Assembly: GCA_964016885.1 (NCBI GenBank)
Contig: OZ024741.1
Coordinates: 414,098,001-414,162,000 of the forward strand
Source: Eledone cirrhosa
Lineage: Eukaryota
DNA length: 64,000 nt
Reading direction: 5' to 3'
In this document: one piece after another, positions 26,801 through 41,800 of the stretch
How positions within the stretch are numbered: the stretch's first letter is position 1
Layout: each line of letters opens with the position of its first letter
Notes under the pieces: generated by a model
What the model saw: only the letters and a program-made list of their open reading frames with translations
What the model was told of the DNA's origin: nothing
Database searches by the model: none
Position numbers and translations under genes: made by a program

Positions 26801-29800
26801 TTCACTACCATATTTCTAATGTAAGACACTGTCTATGTTGTTTAACCATTTCATTACCATGTTTCTAATGTAAGATACTATCTATGTTGTTTAACCCTTC
26901 CATTACTATATTTCTAATGTAAGACACTGTCTATGTTGTTTAACCCTTTCATTACCATATTTCTAATGTAAGACACTGCCTATGTTGTTTAATCCTTTCA
27001 TTACCATATTTCTAATGTAAGACACTATCTATGTTGTTTAGCCCTTTCATTACCATATTTCTAATGTAAGACACTGTCTATGTTGTTTAACGCTTTCACT
27101 ACCATATTTCTAATGTAAGACACTGTCTATGTTGTTTAACCATTTCATTACCATATTTCTAATGTAAAACACTGTCTATGTTGTTTAACCCTTCCATTAC
27201 CATATTTCTAACGTAAGACACTGTGTATATTGTTTAACCCTTTCATTACCATATTTCTAATGTAAGACACTGTCTATGTTGTTTAACCATTTCATTACCA
27301 TATTTTTAATGTAAGACACTGTCTATCTTGTTTAACCCTTTCACTACCATATTTCTAATGTAAGACAGTATCTATGTTGTTTAACCCTTTCATTACCATA
27401 TTTCTAATGTAAGACACTGTCTATGTTGTTTAACCCTTTCACTACCACATTTCTAATGTAAGACACTGTCTATGTTGTTTAACACTTTCATTACCATATT
27501 TCTAATGTAAGAGACTGTCTATGTTGTTTAACCCTTTCATTACCATATTTCTAATGTAAGACACTGTCTATGTTGTTTAATCCTTCCATTACCATATTTC
27601 TAATGTAAGACACTGTCTATGTTGTTTAACCCTTTCATTACCATATTTCTAATGTAAGACACTATCTATGTTGTTTAACACTTTCATTACCATATTTCTA
27701 ATGTAAGACACTGTCTATGTTGTTTAACCCATTCACTACCATATTTCTAATGTAAGACACTGTCTATGTTGTTTAATGCTTTCATTACAATATTTCTAAT
27801 GTAAGACACTGTCTATGTTGTTTAACCCTTTCATTACCATATTTCTAATGTAAGACACTGTCTATGTTGTTTAATCCTTCCATTACCATATTTCTAATGT
27901 AAGACACTGTCTATGTTGTTTAACCCTTTCATTACCATATTTCTAATGTAAGACACTGTCTATGTTGTTTAACCCTTTCACTACCATATTTCTAATGTAA
28001 GACACTGTCTATATTGTTTAATCCTTTCATTACAATATTTCTAATGTAAGACACTGTCTATGTTGTTTAACCCTTCCATTACCATATTTCTAATATAAGA
28101 CACTGTCTATGTTGTTTAACCCTTCCATTACCATATTTCTAATGTAAGACACTGTCTATGTTGTTTAACCCTTTCACTACCATATTTCTAATGTAAGACA
28201 CTGTCTATGTTGTTTAACCCTTCCATTACCATATTTCTAATGTAAGACACTGTCTATGTTGTTTAACCCTTCCATTACACTATTTCTAATGTAAGACACT
28301 GTCTATGTTGTTTAACCCTTTCATTACCATATTTCTAATGTAAGACACTGTCTATGTTGTTTAACCCTTTCATTACCATATTTCTAATGTAAGACACTGT
28401 CTATGTTGTTTAACCCTTCCATTACCATATTTCTAATGTAAGACACTGTCTATGTTGTTTAACCCTTCCATTACCATGTTTCTAATGTAAGACACTGTCT
28501 ATGTTGTTTAACCCTTTCATTACCATATTTCTAATGTAAGACACTGTCTATGTTGTTTAACCCTTTCATTACCATATTTCTAATGTAAGACACTGTCTAT
28601 GTTGTTTAACCCTTCCATTACCATATTTCTAATGTAAGACACTGTCTATGTTGTTTAACCCTTCCATTACCATATTTCTAATGTAAGACACTGTCTATGT
28701 TGTTTAACCCTTTCATTACCATATTTCTAATGTAAGACACTGTCTATGTTGTTTAACCCTTTCATTACCATATTTCTAATGTAAGACACTGTCTATGTTG
28801 TTTAATCCTTCCATTACCATATTTCTAATGTAAGACACTGTCTATGTTGTTTAAGCCTTCCATTACCATATTTCTAATGTAAGACACTGTCTATGTTGTT
28901 TAACCCTTTCATTACCATATTTCTAATGTAAGACACTGTCTATGTTGTTTAACCATTTCATTACCATGTTTCTAATGTAAGATACTATCTATGTTGTTTA
29001 ACCCTTCCATTACCATATTTCTAATGTAAGACACTGTCTATGTTGTTTAACCCTTTCATTACCATATTTCTAATGTAAGACACTGTCTATGTTGTTTAAC
29101 CCTTTCATTACCATATTTCTAATGTAAGACACTGTCTATGTTGTTTAACCCTTTCATTACCATATTACTAATGTAAGACACTGTCTATGTTGTTTAACCC
29201 TTCCATTACCATATTTCTAATGTAAGACACTATCTATGTTGTTTAACCCTTTTATTACCATATTTCTAATGTAAGACACTGTCTATGTTGTTTAACCCTT
29301 TCACTAGCATATTTTTAATGTAAGACACTGTCTATATTGTTTAACCCTTTCATTACCATATTTCTAATGTAAGAGACTGTCTATGTTGTTTAACCCTTTC
29401 ATTACCATATTTCTAATGTAAGACACTGTCTATGTTGTTTAATCCTTCCATTACCATATTTCTAATGTAAGACACTGTCTATGTTGTTTAACCCTTTCAT
29501 TACCATATTTCTAATGTAAGACACTGTCTATGTTGTTTAACCCTTTCATTACCATATTTCTAATGTAAGACACTATGTTGTTTAACCCTTCCATTACCAT
29601 ATTTCTAATGTAAGACACTGTCTATATTGTTTAACCCTTTCATTACCATATTTCTAATGTAAGACACTGTCTATGTTGTTTAACCCTTTCATTACCATAT
29701 TTCTAATGTAAGACACTATCTATGTTGTTTAACCCTTTCATTACAATATTTCTAATGTAAGACACTATCTATGTTGTTTAACCCTTTCATTACCATATTT

Positions 29801-32800
29801 CTAATGTAAGACACTGTCTATGTTGTTTAACCCTTTCACTACCATATTTCTAATGTAAGACACTGTCTATGTTGTTTAACCCTTCCACTACCATATTTCT
29901 AATGTAAGAGACTGTCTATGTTGTTTAACCCTTTCATTACCATATTTCTAATGTAAGACACTGTCTATGTTGTTTAATCCTTCCATTACCATATTTCTAA
30001 TGTAAGACACTGTCTATATTGTTTAACCCTTTCATTACCATATTTCTAATGTAAGACACTGTCTATGTTGTTTAACCCTTTCATTACCATATTTCTAATG
30101 TAAGACACTATCTATGTTGTTTAACCCTTTCATTACCATATTTCTAATGTAAGACACTGTCTATGTTATTTAACCCATTCACTACCATATTTCTAATGTA
30201 AGACACTGTCTATGTTGTTTAACCCTTCCATTACCATATTTCTAATGTAAGACACTGTCTATGTTGTTTAACCCTTCCATTACCATATTTCTAATGTAAG
30301 ACACTGTCTATGTTGTTTAACCCTTTCATTACCATATTTCTAATGTAAGACACTGTCTATGTTGTTTAACCCTTTCATTACCATATTTCTAATGTAAGAC
30401 ACTGTCTATGTTGTTTAACCCTTCCATTACCATATTTCTAATGTAAGACACTGTCTATGTTGTTTAACCCTTCCATTACCATATTTCTAATGTAAGACAC
30501 TGTCTATGTTGTTTAACCCTTTCATTACCATATTTCTAATGTAAGACACTGTCTATGTTGTTTAACCCTTTCATTACCATATTTCTAATGTAAGACACTG
30601 TCTATGTTGTTTAACCCTTCCATTACCATATTTCTAATGTAAGACACTGTCTATGTTGTTTAACTCTTCCATTACCATATTTCTAATGTAAGACACTGTC
30701 TATGTTGTTTAACCCTTCCATTACCATATTTCTAATGTAAGACACTGTCTATGTTGTTTAACCCTTTCATTACCATATTTCTAATGTAAGACACTGTCTA
30801 TGTTGTTTAACCCTTCCATTACCATATTTCTAATGTAAGACACTGTCTATGTTGTTTAACCCTTCCATTACCATATTTCTAATGTAAGACACTGTCTATG
30901 TTGTTTAACCCTTTCACTACCATATTTCTAATGTAAGACACTGTCTATGTTGTTTAATCCTTTCATGACAATATTTCTAATGTAAGATACTGTCTATGTT
31001 GTTTAACCCTTCCATTACCATATTTCTAATGTAAGACACTGTCTATGTTGTTTAACCCTTTCATTACCATATTTCTAATGTAAGACACTGTCTATGTTGT
31101 TTAACCCTTTCATTACCATATTTCTAATGTAAGACACTGTCTATGTTGTTTAACCCTTTCATTACCATATTACTAATGTAAGACACTGTCTATGTTGTTT
31201 AACCCTTCCATTACCATATTTCTAATGTAAGACACTATCTATGTTGTTTAACCCTTTTATTACCATATTTCTAATGTAAGACACTTTCTATGTTGTTTAA
31301 CCCTTTCACTAGCATATTTTTAATGTAAGACACTGTCTATATTGTTTAACCCTTTCATTACCATATTTCTAATGTAAGACACTGTCTATGTTGTTTAATC
31401 CTTCCATTACCATATTTCTAATGTAAGACACTGTCTATGTTGTTTAACCCTTCCATTACCATATTTCTAATGTAAGACACTATCTATGTTGTTTAACCCT
31501 TTCATTACCATATTTCTAATGAAAGACACTGTCTATGTTGTTTAACCCTTTCACTACCATATTTCTAATGTAAGACACTGTCTATGTTGTTTAACCCTTC
31601 CACTACCATATTTCTAATGTAAGAGACTGTCTATGTTGTTTAACCCTTTCATTACCATATTTCTAATGTAAGACACTGTCTATGTTGTTTAATCCTTCCA
31701 TTACCATATTTCTAATGTAAGACACTGTCTATGTTGTTTAACCCTTCCACTACCATATTTCTAATGTAAGAGACTGTCTATGTTGTTTAACCCTTTCATT
31801 ACCATATTTCTAATGTAAGACACTGTCTATGTTGTTTAATCCTTCCATTACCATATTTCTAATGTAAGACACTGTCTATATTGTTTAACCCTTTCATTAC
31901 CATATTTCTAATGTAAGACACTGTCTATGTTGTTTAACCCTTTCATTACCATATTTCTAATGTAAGACACTATCTATGTTGTTTAACACTTTCATTACCA
32001 TATTTCTAATGTAAGACACTGTCTATGTTGTTTAACCCATTCACTACCATATTTCTAATGTAAGACACTGTCTATGTTGTTTAATGCTTTCATTACAATA
32101 TTTCTAATGTAAGACACTGTCTATGTTGTTTAACCCTTTCATTACCATATTTCTAATGTAAGACACTGTCTATGTTGTTTAATCATTCCATTACCATATT
32201 TCTAATGTAAGACACTGTCTATGTTGTTTAACCCTTTCATTACCATATTTCTAATGTAAGACACTGTCTATGTTGTTTAACCCTTTCACTACCATATTTC
32301 TAATGTAAGACACTGTCTATATTGTTTAATACTTTCATTACAATATTTCTAATGTAAGACACTGTCTATGTTGTTTAACCCTTCCATTACCATATTTCTA
32401 ATATAAGACACTGTCTATGTTGTTTAACCCTTCCATTACCATATTTCTAATGTAAGACACTGTCTATGTTGTTTAACCCTTTCACTACCATATTTCTAAT
32501 GTAAGACACTGTCTATGTTGTTTAACCCTTCCATTACCATATTTCTAATGTAAGACACTGTCTATGTTGTTTAACCCTTCCATTACACTATTTCTAATGT
32601 AAGACACTGTCTATGTTGTTTAACCCTTTCATTACCATATTTCTAATGTAAGACACTGTCTATGTTGTTTAACCCTTTCATTACCATATTTCTAATGTAA
32701 GACATTGTCTATGTTGTTTAACCCTTCCATTACCATATTTCTAATGTAAGACACTGTCTATGTTGTTTAACCCTTCCATTACCATGTTTCTAATGTAAGA

Positions 32801-35800
32801 CACTGTCTATGTTGTTTAACCCTTTCATTACCATATTTCTAATGTAAGACACTGTCTATGTTGTTTAACCCTTTCATTACCATATTTCTAATGTAAGACA
32901 CTGTCTATGTTGTTTAACACTTCCATTACCATATTTCTAATGTAAGACACTGTCTATGTTGTTTAACCCTTCCATTACCATATTTCTAATGTAAGACACT
33001 GTCTATGTTGTTTAACCCTTTCATTACCATATTTCTAATGTAAGACACTGTCTATGTTGTTTAACCCTTTCACTACCATATTTCTAATGTAAGACACTGT
33101 CTATGTTGTTTAATCCTTCCATTACCATATTTCTAATGTAAGACACTGTCTATGTTGTTTAACCCTTCCATTACCATATTTCTAATGTAAGACACTGTCT
33201 ATGTTGTTTAACCCTTTCATTACCATATTTCTAATGTAAGACACTGTCTATGTTGTTTAACCATTTCATTACCATGTTTCTAATGTAAGATACTATCTAT
33301 GTTGTTTAACCCTTCCATTACCATATTTCTAATGTAAGACACTGTCTATGTTGTTTAACCCTTTCATTACCATATTTCTAATGTAAGACACTGTCTATGT
33401 TGTTTAACCCTTTCATTACCATATTTCTAATGTAAGACACTGTCTATGTTGTTTAACCCTTTCATTACCATATTACTAATGTAAGACACTGTCTATGTTG
33501 TTTAACCCTTCCATTACCATATTTCTAATGTAAGACACTATCTATGTTGTTTAACCCTTTTATTACCATATTTCTAATGTAAGACACTGTCTATGTTGTT
33601 TAACCCTTTCACTAGCATATTTTTAATGTAAGACACTGTCTATATTGTTTAACCCTTTCATTACCATATTCCTAATGTAAGACACTATCTATGTTGTTTA
33701 ACTCTTTCATTACCATATTTCTAACGTAAGACACTGTCTATATTGTTTAAACCTTTCATTACCATATTTCTAATGTAAGACACTGTCTATGTTGTTTAAC
33801 CCTTTCACTACCATATTTCTAATGTAAGACACTGTCTATGTTGTTTAATCCTTCCATTACCATATTTCTAATGTAAGACACTGTCTATGTTGTTTAACCC
33901 TTCCATTACCATATTTCTAATGTAAGACACTGTCTATGTTGTTTAACCCTTTCACTACCATATTTCTAATGTAAGACACTGTCTATGTTGTTTAATCCTT
34001 CCATTACCATATTTCTAATGTAACACACTGTCTATGTTGTTTAATCCTTTCATTACAATATTTCTAATGTAAGACACTGTCTATGTTGTTTAACCCTTTC
34101 ATTACCATATTTCTAATGTAAGACACTGTCTATGTTGTTTAATCCTTCCATTACCATATTTCTAATGTAAGACACTGTCTATGTTGTTTAACCCTTTCAT
34201 TACCATATTTCTAATGTAAGACACTGTCTATGTTGTTTAACCCTTTCACTACCATATTTCTAATGTAAGACACTGTCTATGTTGTTTAACCATTTCATTA
34301 CCATGTTTCTAATGTAAGATACTATCTATGTTGTTTAACCCTTCCATTACTATATTTCTAATGTAAGACACTGTCTATGTTGTTTAACCCTTTCATTACC
34401 ATATTTCTAATGTAAGACACTGCCTATGTTGTTTAATCCTTTCATTACCATATTTCTAATGTAAGACACTATCTATGTTGTTTAGCCCTTTCATTACCAT
34501 ATTTCTAATGTAAGACACTGTCTATGTTGTTTAACGCTTTCACTACCATATTTCTAATGTAAGACACTGTCTATGTTGTTTAACCATTTCATTACCATAT
34601 TTCTAATGTAAAACACTGTCTATGTTGTTTAACCCTTCCATTACCATATTTCTAACGTAAGACACTGTGTATATTGTTTAACCCTTTCATTACCATATTT
34701 CTAATGTAAGACACTGTCTATGTTGTTTAACCATTTCATTACCATATTTTTAATGTAAGACACTGTCTATCTTGTTTAACCCTTTCACTACCATATTTCT
34801 AATGTAAGACAGTATCTATGTTGTTTAACCCTTTCATTACCATATTTCTAATGTAAGACACTGTCTATGTTGTTTAACCCTTTCACTACCACATTTCTAA
34901 TGTAAGACACTGTCTATGTTGTTTAACACTTTCATTACCATATTTCTAATGTAAGAGACTGTCTATGTTGTTTAACCCTTTCATTACCATATTTCTAATG
35001 TAAGACACTGTCTATGTTGTTTAATCCTTCCATTACCATATTTCTAATGTAAGACACTGTCTATGTTGTTTAACCCTTTCATTACCATATTTCTAATGTA
35101 AGACACTATCTATGTTGTTTAACACTTTCATTACCATATTTCTAATGTAAGACACTGTCTATGTTGTTTAACCCATTCACTACCATATTTCTAATGTAAG
35201 ACACTGTCTATGTTGTTTAATGCTTTCATTACAATATTTCTAATGTAAGACACTGTCTATGTTGTTTAACCCTTTCATTACCATATTTCTAATGTAAGAC
35301 ACTGTCTATGTTGTTTAATCCTTCCATTACCATATTTCTAATGTAAGACACTGTCTATGTTGTTTAACCCTTTCATTACCATATTTCTAATGTAAGACAC
35401 TGTCTATGTTGTTTAACCCTTTCACTACCATATTTCTAATGTAAGACACTGTCTATGTTGTTTAATGCTTTCATTACAATATTTCTAATGTAAGACACTG
35501 TCTATGTTGTTTAACCCTTTCATTACCATATTTCTAATGTAAGACACTGTCTATGTTGTTTAATCCTTCCATTACCATATTTCTAATGTAAGACACTGTC
35601 TATGTTGTTTAACCCTTTCATTACCATATTTCTAATGTAAGACACTGTCTATGTTGTTTAACCCTTTCACTACCATATTTCTAATGTAAGACACTGTCTA
35701 TATTGTTTAATCCTTTCATTACAATATTTCTAATGTAAGACACTGTCTATGTTGTTTAACCCTTCCATTACCATATTTCTAATATAAGACACTGTCTATG

Positions 35801-38800
35801 TTGTTTAACCCTTCCATCACCATATTTCTAATGTAAGACACTGTCTATGTTGTTTAATCCTTCCATTACCATATTTCTAATGTAAGACACTGTCTATGTT
35901 GTTTAACCCTTTCATTACCATATTTCTAATGTAAGACACTATCTATGTTGTTTAACCCTTCCATTACCATATTTCTAATGTAAGACACTGTCTATGTTGT
36001 TTAACCCTTCCATTACACTATTTCTAATGTAAGACACTGTCTATGTTGTTTAACCCTTTCATTACCATATTTCTAATGTAAGACACTGTCTATGTTGTTT
36101 AACCCTTTCATTACCATATTTCTAATGTAAGACACTGTCTATGTTGTTTAACCCTTCCATTACCATATTTCTAATGTAAGACACTGTCTATGTTGTTTAA
36201 CCCTTCCATTACCATGTTTCTAATGTAAGACACTGTCTATGTTGTTTAACCCTTTCATTACCATATTTCTAATGTAAGACACTGTCTATGTTGTTTAACC
36301 CTTTCATTACCATATTTCTAATGTAAGACACTGTCTATGTTGTTTAACCCTTCCATTACCATATTTCTAATGTAAGACACTGTCTATGTTGTTTAACCCT
36401 TCCATTACCATATTTCTAATGTAAGACACTGTCTATGTTGTTTAACCCTTTCATTACCATATTTCTAATGTAAGACACTGTCTATGTTGTTTAACCCTTT
36501 CACTACCATATTTCTAATGTAAGACACTGTCTATGTTGTTTAATCCTTCCATTACCATATTTCTAATGTAAGACACTGTCTATGTTGTTTAACCCTTCCA
36601 TTACCATATTTCTAATGTAAGACACTGTCTATGTTGTTTAACCCTTTCATTACCATATTTCTAATGTAAGACACTGTCTATGTTGTTTAACCATTTCATT
36701 ACCATGTTTCTAATGTAAGATACTATCTATGTTGTTTAACCCTTCCATTACCATATTTCTAATGTAAGACACTGTCTATGTTGTTTAACCCTTTCATTAC
36801 CATATTTCTAATGTAAGACACTGTCTATGTTGTTTAACCCTTTCATTACCATATTTCTAATGTAAGACACTGTCTATGTTGTTTAACCCTTTCATTACCA
36901 TATTACTAATGTAAGACACTGTCTATGTTGTTTAACCCTTCCATTACCATATTTCTAATGTAAGACACTATCTATGTTGTTTAACCCTTTTATTACCATA
37001 TTTCTAATGTAAGACACTGTCTATGTTGTTTAACCCTTTCACTAGCATATTTTTAATGTAAGACACTGTCTATATTGTTTAACCCTTTCATTACCATATT
37101 TCTAATGTAAGACACTATCTATGTTGTTTAACTCTTTCATTACCATATTTCTAACGTAAGACACTGTCTATATTGTTTAACCCTTTCATTACCATATTTC
37201 TAATGTAAGACACTGTCTATGTTGTTTAACCCTTTCACTACCATATTTCTAATGTAAGACACTGTCTATGTTGTTTAATCCTTCCATTACCATATTTCTA
37301 ATGTAAGACACTGTCTATGTTGTTTAACCCTTCCATTACCATATTTCTAATGTAAGACACTGTCTATGTTGTTTAACCCTTTCACTACCATATTTCTAAT
37401 GTAAGACACTGTCTATGTTGTTTAATCCTTCCATTACCATATTTCTAATGTAACACACTGTCTATGTTGTTTAATCCTTTCATTACAATATTTCTAATGT
37501 AAGACACTGTCTATGTTGTTTAACCCTTTCATTACCATATTTCTAATGTAAGACACTGTCTATGTTGTTTAATCCTTCCATTACCATATTTCTAATGTAA
37601 GACACTGTCTATGTTGTTTAACCCTTTCATTACCATATTTCTAATGTAAGACACTGTCTATGTTGTTTAACCCTTTCACTACCATATTTCTAATGTAAGA
37701 CACTGTCTATGTTGTTTAACCATTTCATTACCATGTTTCTAATGTAAGATACTATCTATGTTGTTTAACCCTTCCATTACCATATTTCTAATGTAAGACA
37801 CTGTCTATGTTGTTTAACCCTTTCATTACCATATTTCTAATGTAAGACACTGCCTATGTTGTTTAATCCTTTCATTACCATATTTCTAATGTAAGACACT
37901 ATCTATGTTGTTTAGCCCTTTTATTACCATATTTCTAATGTAAGACACTGTCTATGTTGTTTAACGCTTTCACTACCATATTTCTAATGTAAGACACTGT
38001 CTATGTTGTTTAACCATTTCATTACCATATTTCTAATGTAAGACACTGTCTATGTTGTTTAACCCTTCCATTACCATATTTCTAACGTAAGACACTGTGT
38101 ATATTGTTTAACCCTTTCATTACCATATTTCTAATGTAAGACACTGTCTATGTTGTTTAACCATTTCATTACCATATTTTTAATGTAAGACACTGTCTAT
38201 CTTGTTTAACCCTTTCACTACCATATTTCTAATGTAAGACAGTATCTATGTTGTTTAACCCTTTCATTACCATATTTCTAATGTAAGACACTGTCTATGT
38301 TGTTTAACCCTTTCACTACCACATTTCTAATGTAAGACACTGTCTATGTTGTTTAACACTTTCATTACCATATTTCTAATGTAAGAGACTGTCTATGTTG
38401 TTTAACCCTTTCATTACCATATTTCTAATGTAAGACACTGTCTATGTTGTTTAATCCTTCCATTACCATATTTCTAATGTAAGACACTGTCTATATTGTT
38501 TAACCCTTTCATTACCATATTTCTAATGTAAGACACTGTCTATGTTGTTTAATCCTTCCATTACCATATTTCTAATGTAAGAGACTGTCTATATTGTTTA
38601 ACCCTTTCATTACCATATTTCTAATGTAAGACACTGTCTATGTTGTTTAACCCTTTCATTACCATATTTCTAATGTAAGACACTATCTATGTTGTTTAAC
38701 CCTTCCATTACCATATTTCTAATGTAAGACACTGTCTATATTGTTTAACCCTTTCATTACCATATTTCTAATGTAAGACACTGTCTATGTTGTTTAACCC

Positions 38801-41800
38801 TTTCATTACCATATTTCTAATGTAAGACACTATCTATGTTGTTTAACCCTTTCATTACCATATTTCTAATGTAAGACACTATCTATGTTGTTTAACCCTT
38901 TCATTACCATATTTCTAATGTAAGACACTGTCTATGTTGTTTAACCCTTTCACTACCATATTTCTAATGTAAGACACTGTCTATGTTGTTTAACCCTTCC
39001 ACTACCATATTTCTAATGTAAGACACTATCTATGTTGTTTAACCCTTTCATTACCATATTTCTAATGTAAGACACTGTCTATGTTGTTTAACCCATTCAC
39101 TACCATATTTCTAATGTAAGACACTGTCTATGTTGTTTAATCCTTTCATTACCATATTTCTAATGTAAGACACTGTCTATGATGTTTAACCCTTTCATTA
39201 CCATATTTCTAATGTAAGACACTGTCTATGTTGTTTAACCCTTTCATTACCATATTTCTAATGTAAGACACTGTCTATGTTGTTTAACCCTTCCATTACC
39301 ATATTTCTAATGTAAGACACTGTCTATGTTGTTTAACCCTTCCATTACCATATTTCTAATGTAAGACACTGTCTATGTTGTTTAACCCTTTCACTACCAT
39401 ATTTCTAATGTAAGACACTGTCTATGTTGTTTAATCCTTTCATGACAATATTTCTAATGTAAGACACTGTCTATGTTGTTTAACCCTTCCATTACCATAT
39501 TTCTAATGTAAGACACTGTCTATGTTGTTTAACCCTTTCATTACCATATTTCTAATGTAAGACACTGTCTATGTTGTTTAACCCTTTCATTACCATATTT
39601 CTAATGTAAGACACTGTCTATGTTGTTTAACCCTTTCATTACCATATTACTAATGTAAGACACTGTCTATGTTGTTTAACCCTTCCATTACCATATTTCT
39701 AATGTAAGACACTATCTATGTTGTTTAACCCTTTTATTACCATATTTCTAATGTAAGACACTGTCTATGTTGTTTAACCCTTTCACTAGCATATTTTTAA
39801 TGTAAGACACTGTCTATATTGTTTAACCCTTTCATTACCATATTTCTAATGTAAGACACTATCTATGTTGTTTAACTCTTTCATTACCATATTTCTAACG
39901 TAAGACACTGTCTATATTGTTTAACCCTTTCATTACCATATTTCTAATGTAAGACACTGTCTATGTTGTTTAACCCTTTCACTACCATATTTCTAATGTA
40001 AGACACTGTCTATGTTGTTTAATCCTTCCATTACCATATTTCTAATGTAAGACACTGTCTATGTTGTTTAACCCTTCCATTACCATATTTCTAATGTAAG
40101 ACACTGTCTATGTTGTTTAACCCTTTCACTACCATATTTCTAATGTAAGACACTGTCTATGTTGTTTAATCCTTCCATTACCATATTTCTAATGTAACAC
40201 ACTGTCTATGTTGTTTAATCCTTTCATTACAATATTTCTAATGTAAGACACTGTCTATGTTGTTTAACCCTTTCATTACCATATTTCTAATGTAAGACAC
40301 TGTCTATGTTGTTTAACCCTTTCATTACCATATTACTAATGTAAGACACTGTCTATGTTGTTTAACCCTTCCATTACCATATTTCTAATGTAAGACACTA
40401 TCTATGTTGTTTAACCCTTTTATTACCATATTTCTAATGTAAGACACTGTCTATGTTGTTTAACCCTTTCACTAGCATATTTTTAATGTAAGACACTGTC
40501 TATATTGTTTAACCCTTTCATTACCATATTTCTAATGTAAGACACTATCTATGTTGTTTAACTCTTTCATTACCATATTTCTAACGTAAGACACTGTCTA
40601 TATTGTTTAACCCTTTCATTACCATATTTCTAATGTAAGACACTGTCTATGTTGTTTAACCCTTTCACTACCATATTTCTAATGTAAGACACTGTCTATG
40701 TTGTTTAATCCTTCCATTACCATATTTCTAATGTAAGACACTGTCTATGTTGTTTAACCCTTCCATTACCATATTTCTAATGTAAGACACTGTCTATGTT
40801 GTTTAACCCTTTCACTACCATATTTCTAATGTAAGACACTGTCTATGTTGTTTAATCCTTCCATTACCATATTTCTAATGTAACACACTGTCTATGTTGT
40901 TTAATCCTTTCATTACAATATTTCTAATGTAAGACACTGTCTATGTTGTTTAACCCTTTCATTACCATATTTCTAATGTAAGACACTGTCTATGTTGTTT
41001 AATCCTTCCATTACCATATTTCTAATGTAAGACACTGTCTATGTTGTTTAACCCTTTCATTACCATATTTCTAATGTAAGACACTGTCTATGTTGTTTAA
41101 CCCTTTCACTACCATATTTCTAATGTAAGACACTGTCTATGTTGTTTAACCATTTCATTACCATGTTTCTAATGTAAGATACTATCTATGTTGTTTAACC
41201 CTTCCATTACCATATTTCTAATGTAAGACACTGTCTATGTTGTTTAACCCTTTCACTAGCATATTTTTAATGTAAGACACTGTCTATATTGTTTAACCCT
41301 TTCATTACCATATTTCTAATGTAAGACACTATCTATGTTGTTTAACTCTTTCATTACCATATTTCTAACGTAAGACACTGTCTATATTGTTTAACCCTTT
41401 CATTACCATATTTCTAATGTAAGACACTGTCTATGTTGTTTAACCCTTTCACTACCATATTTCTAATGTAAGACACTGTCTATGTTGTTTAATCCTTCCA
41501 TTACCATATTTCTAATGTAAGACACTGTCTATGTTGTTTAACCCTTCCATTACCATATTTCTAATGTAAGACACTGTCTATGTTGTTTAACCCTTTCACT
41601 ACCATATTTCTAATGTAAGACACTGTCTATGTTGTTTAATCCTTCCATTACCATATTTCTAATGTAACACACTGTCTATGTTGTTTAATCCTTTCATTAC
41701 AATATTTCTAATGTAAGACACTGTCTATGTTGTTTAACCCTTTCATTACCATATTTCTAATGTAAGACACTGTCTATGTTGTTTAATCCTTCCATTACCA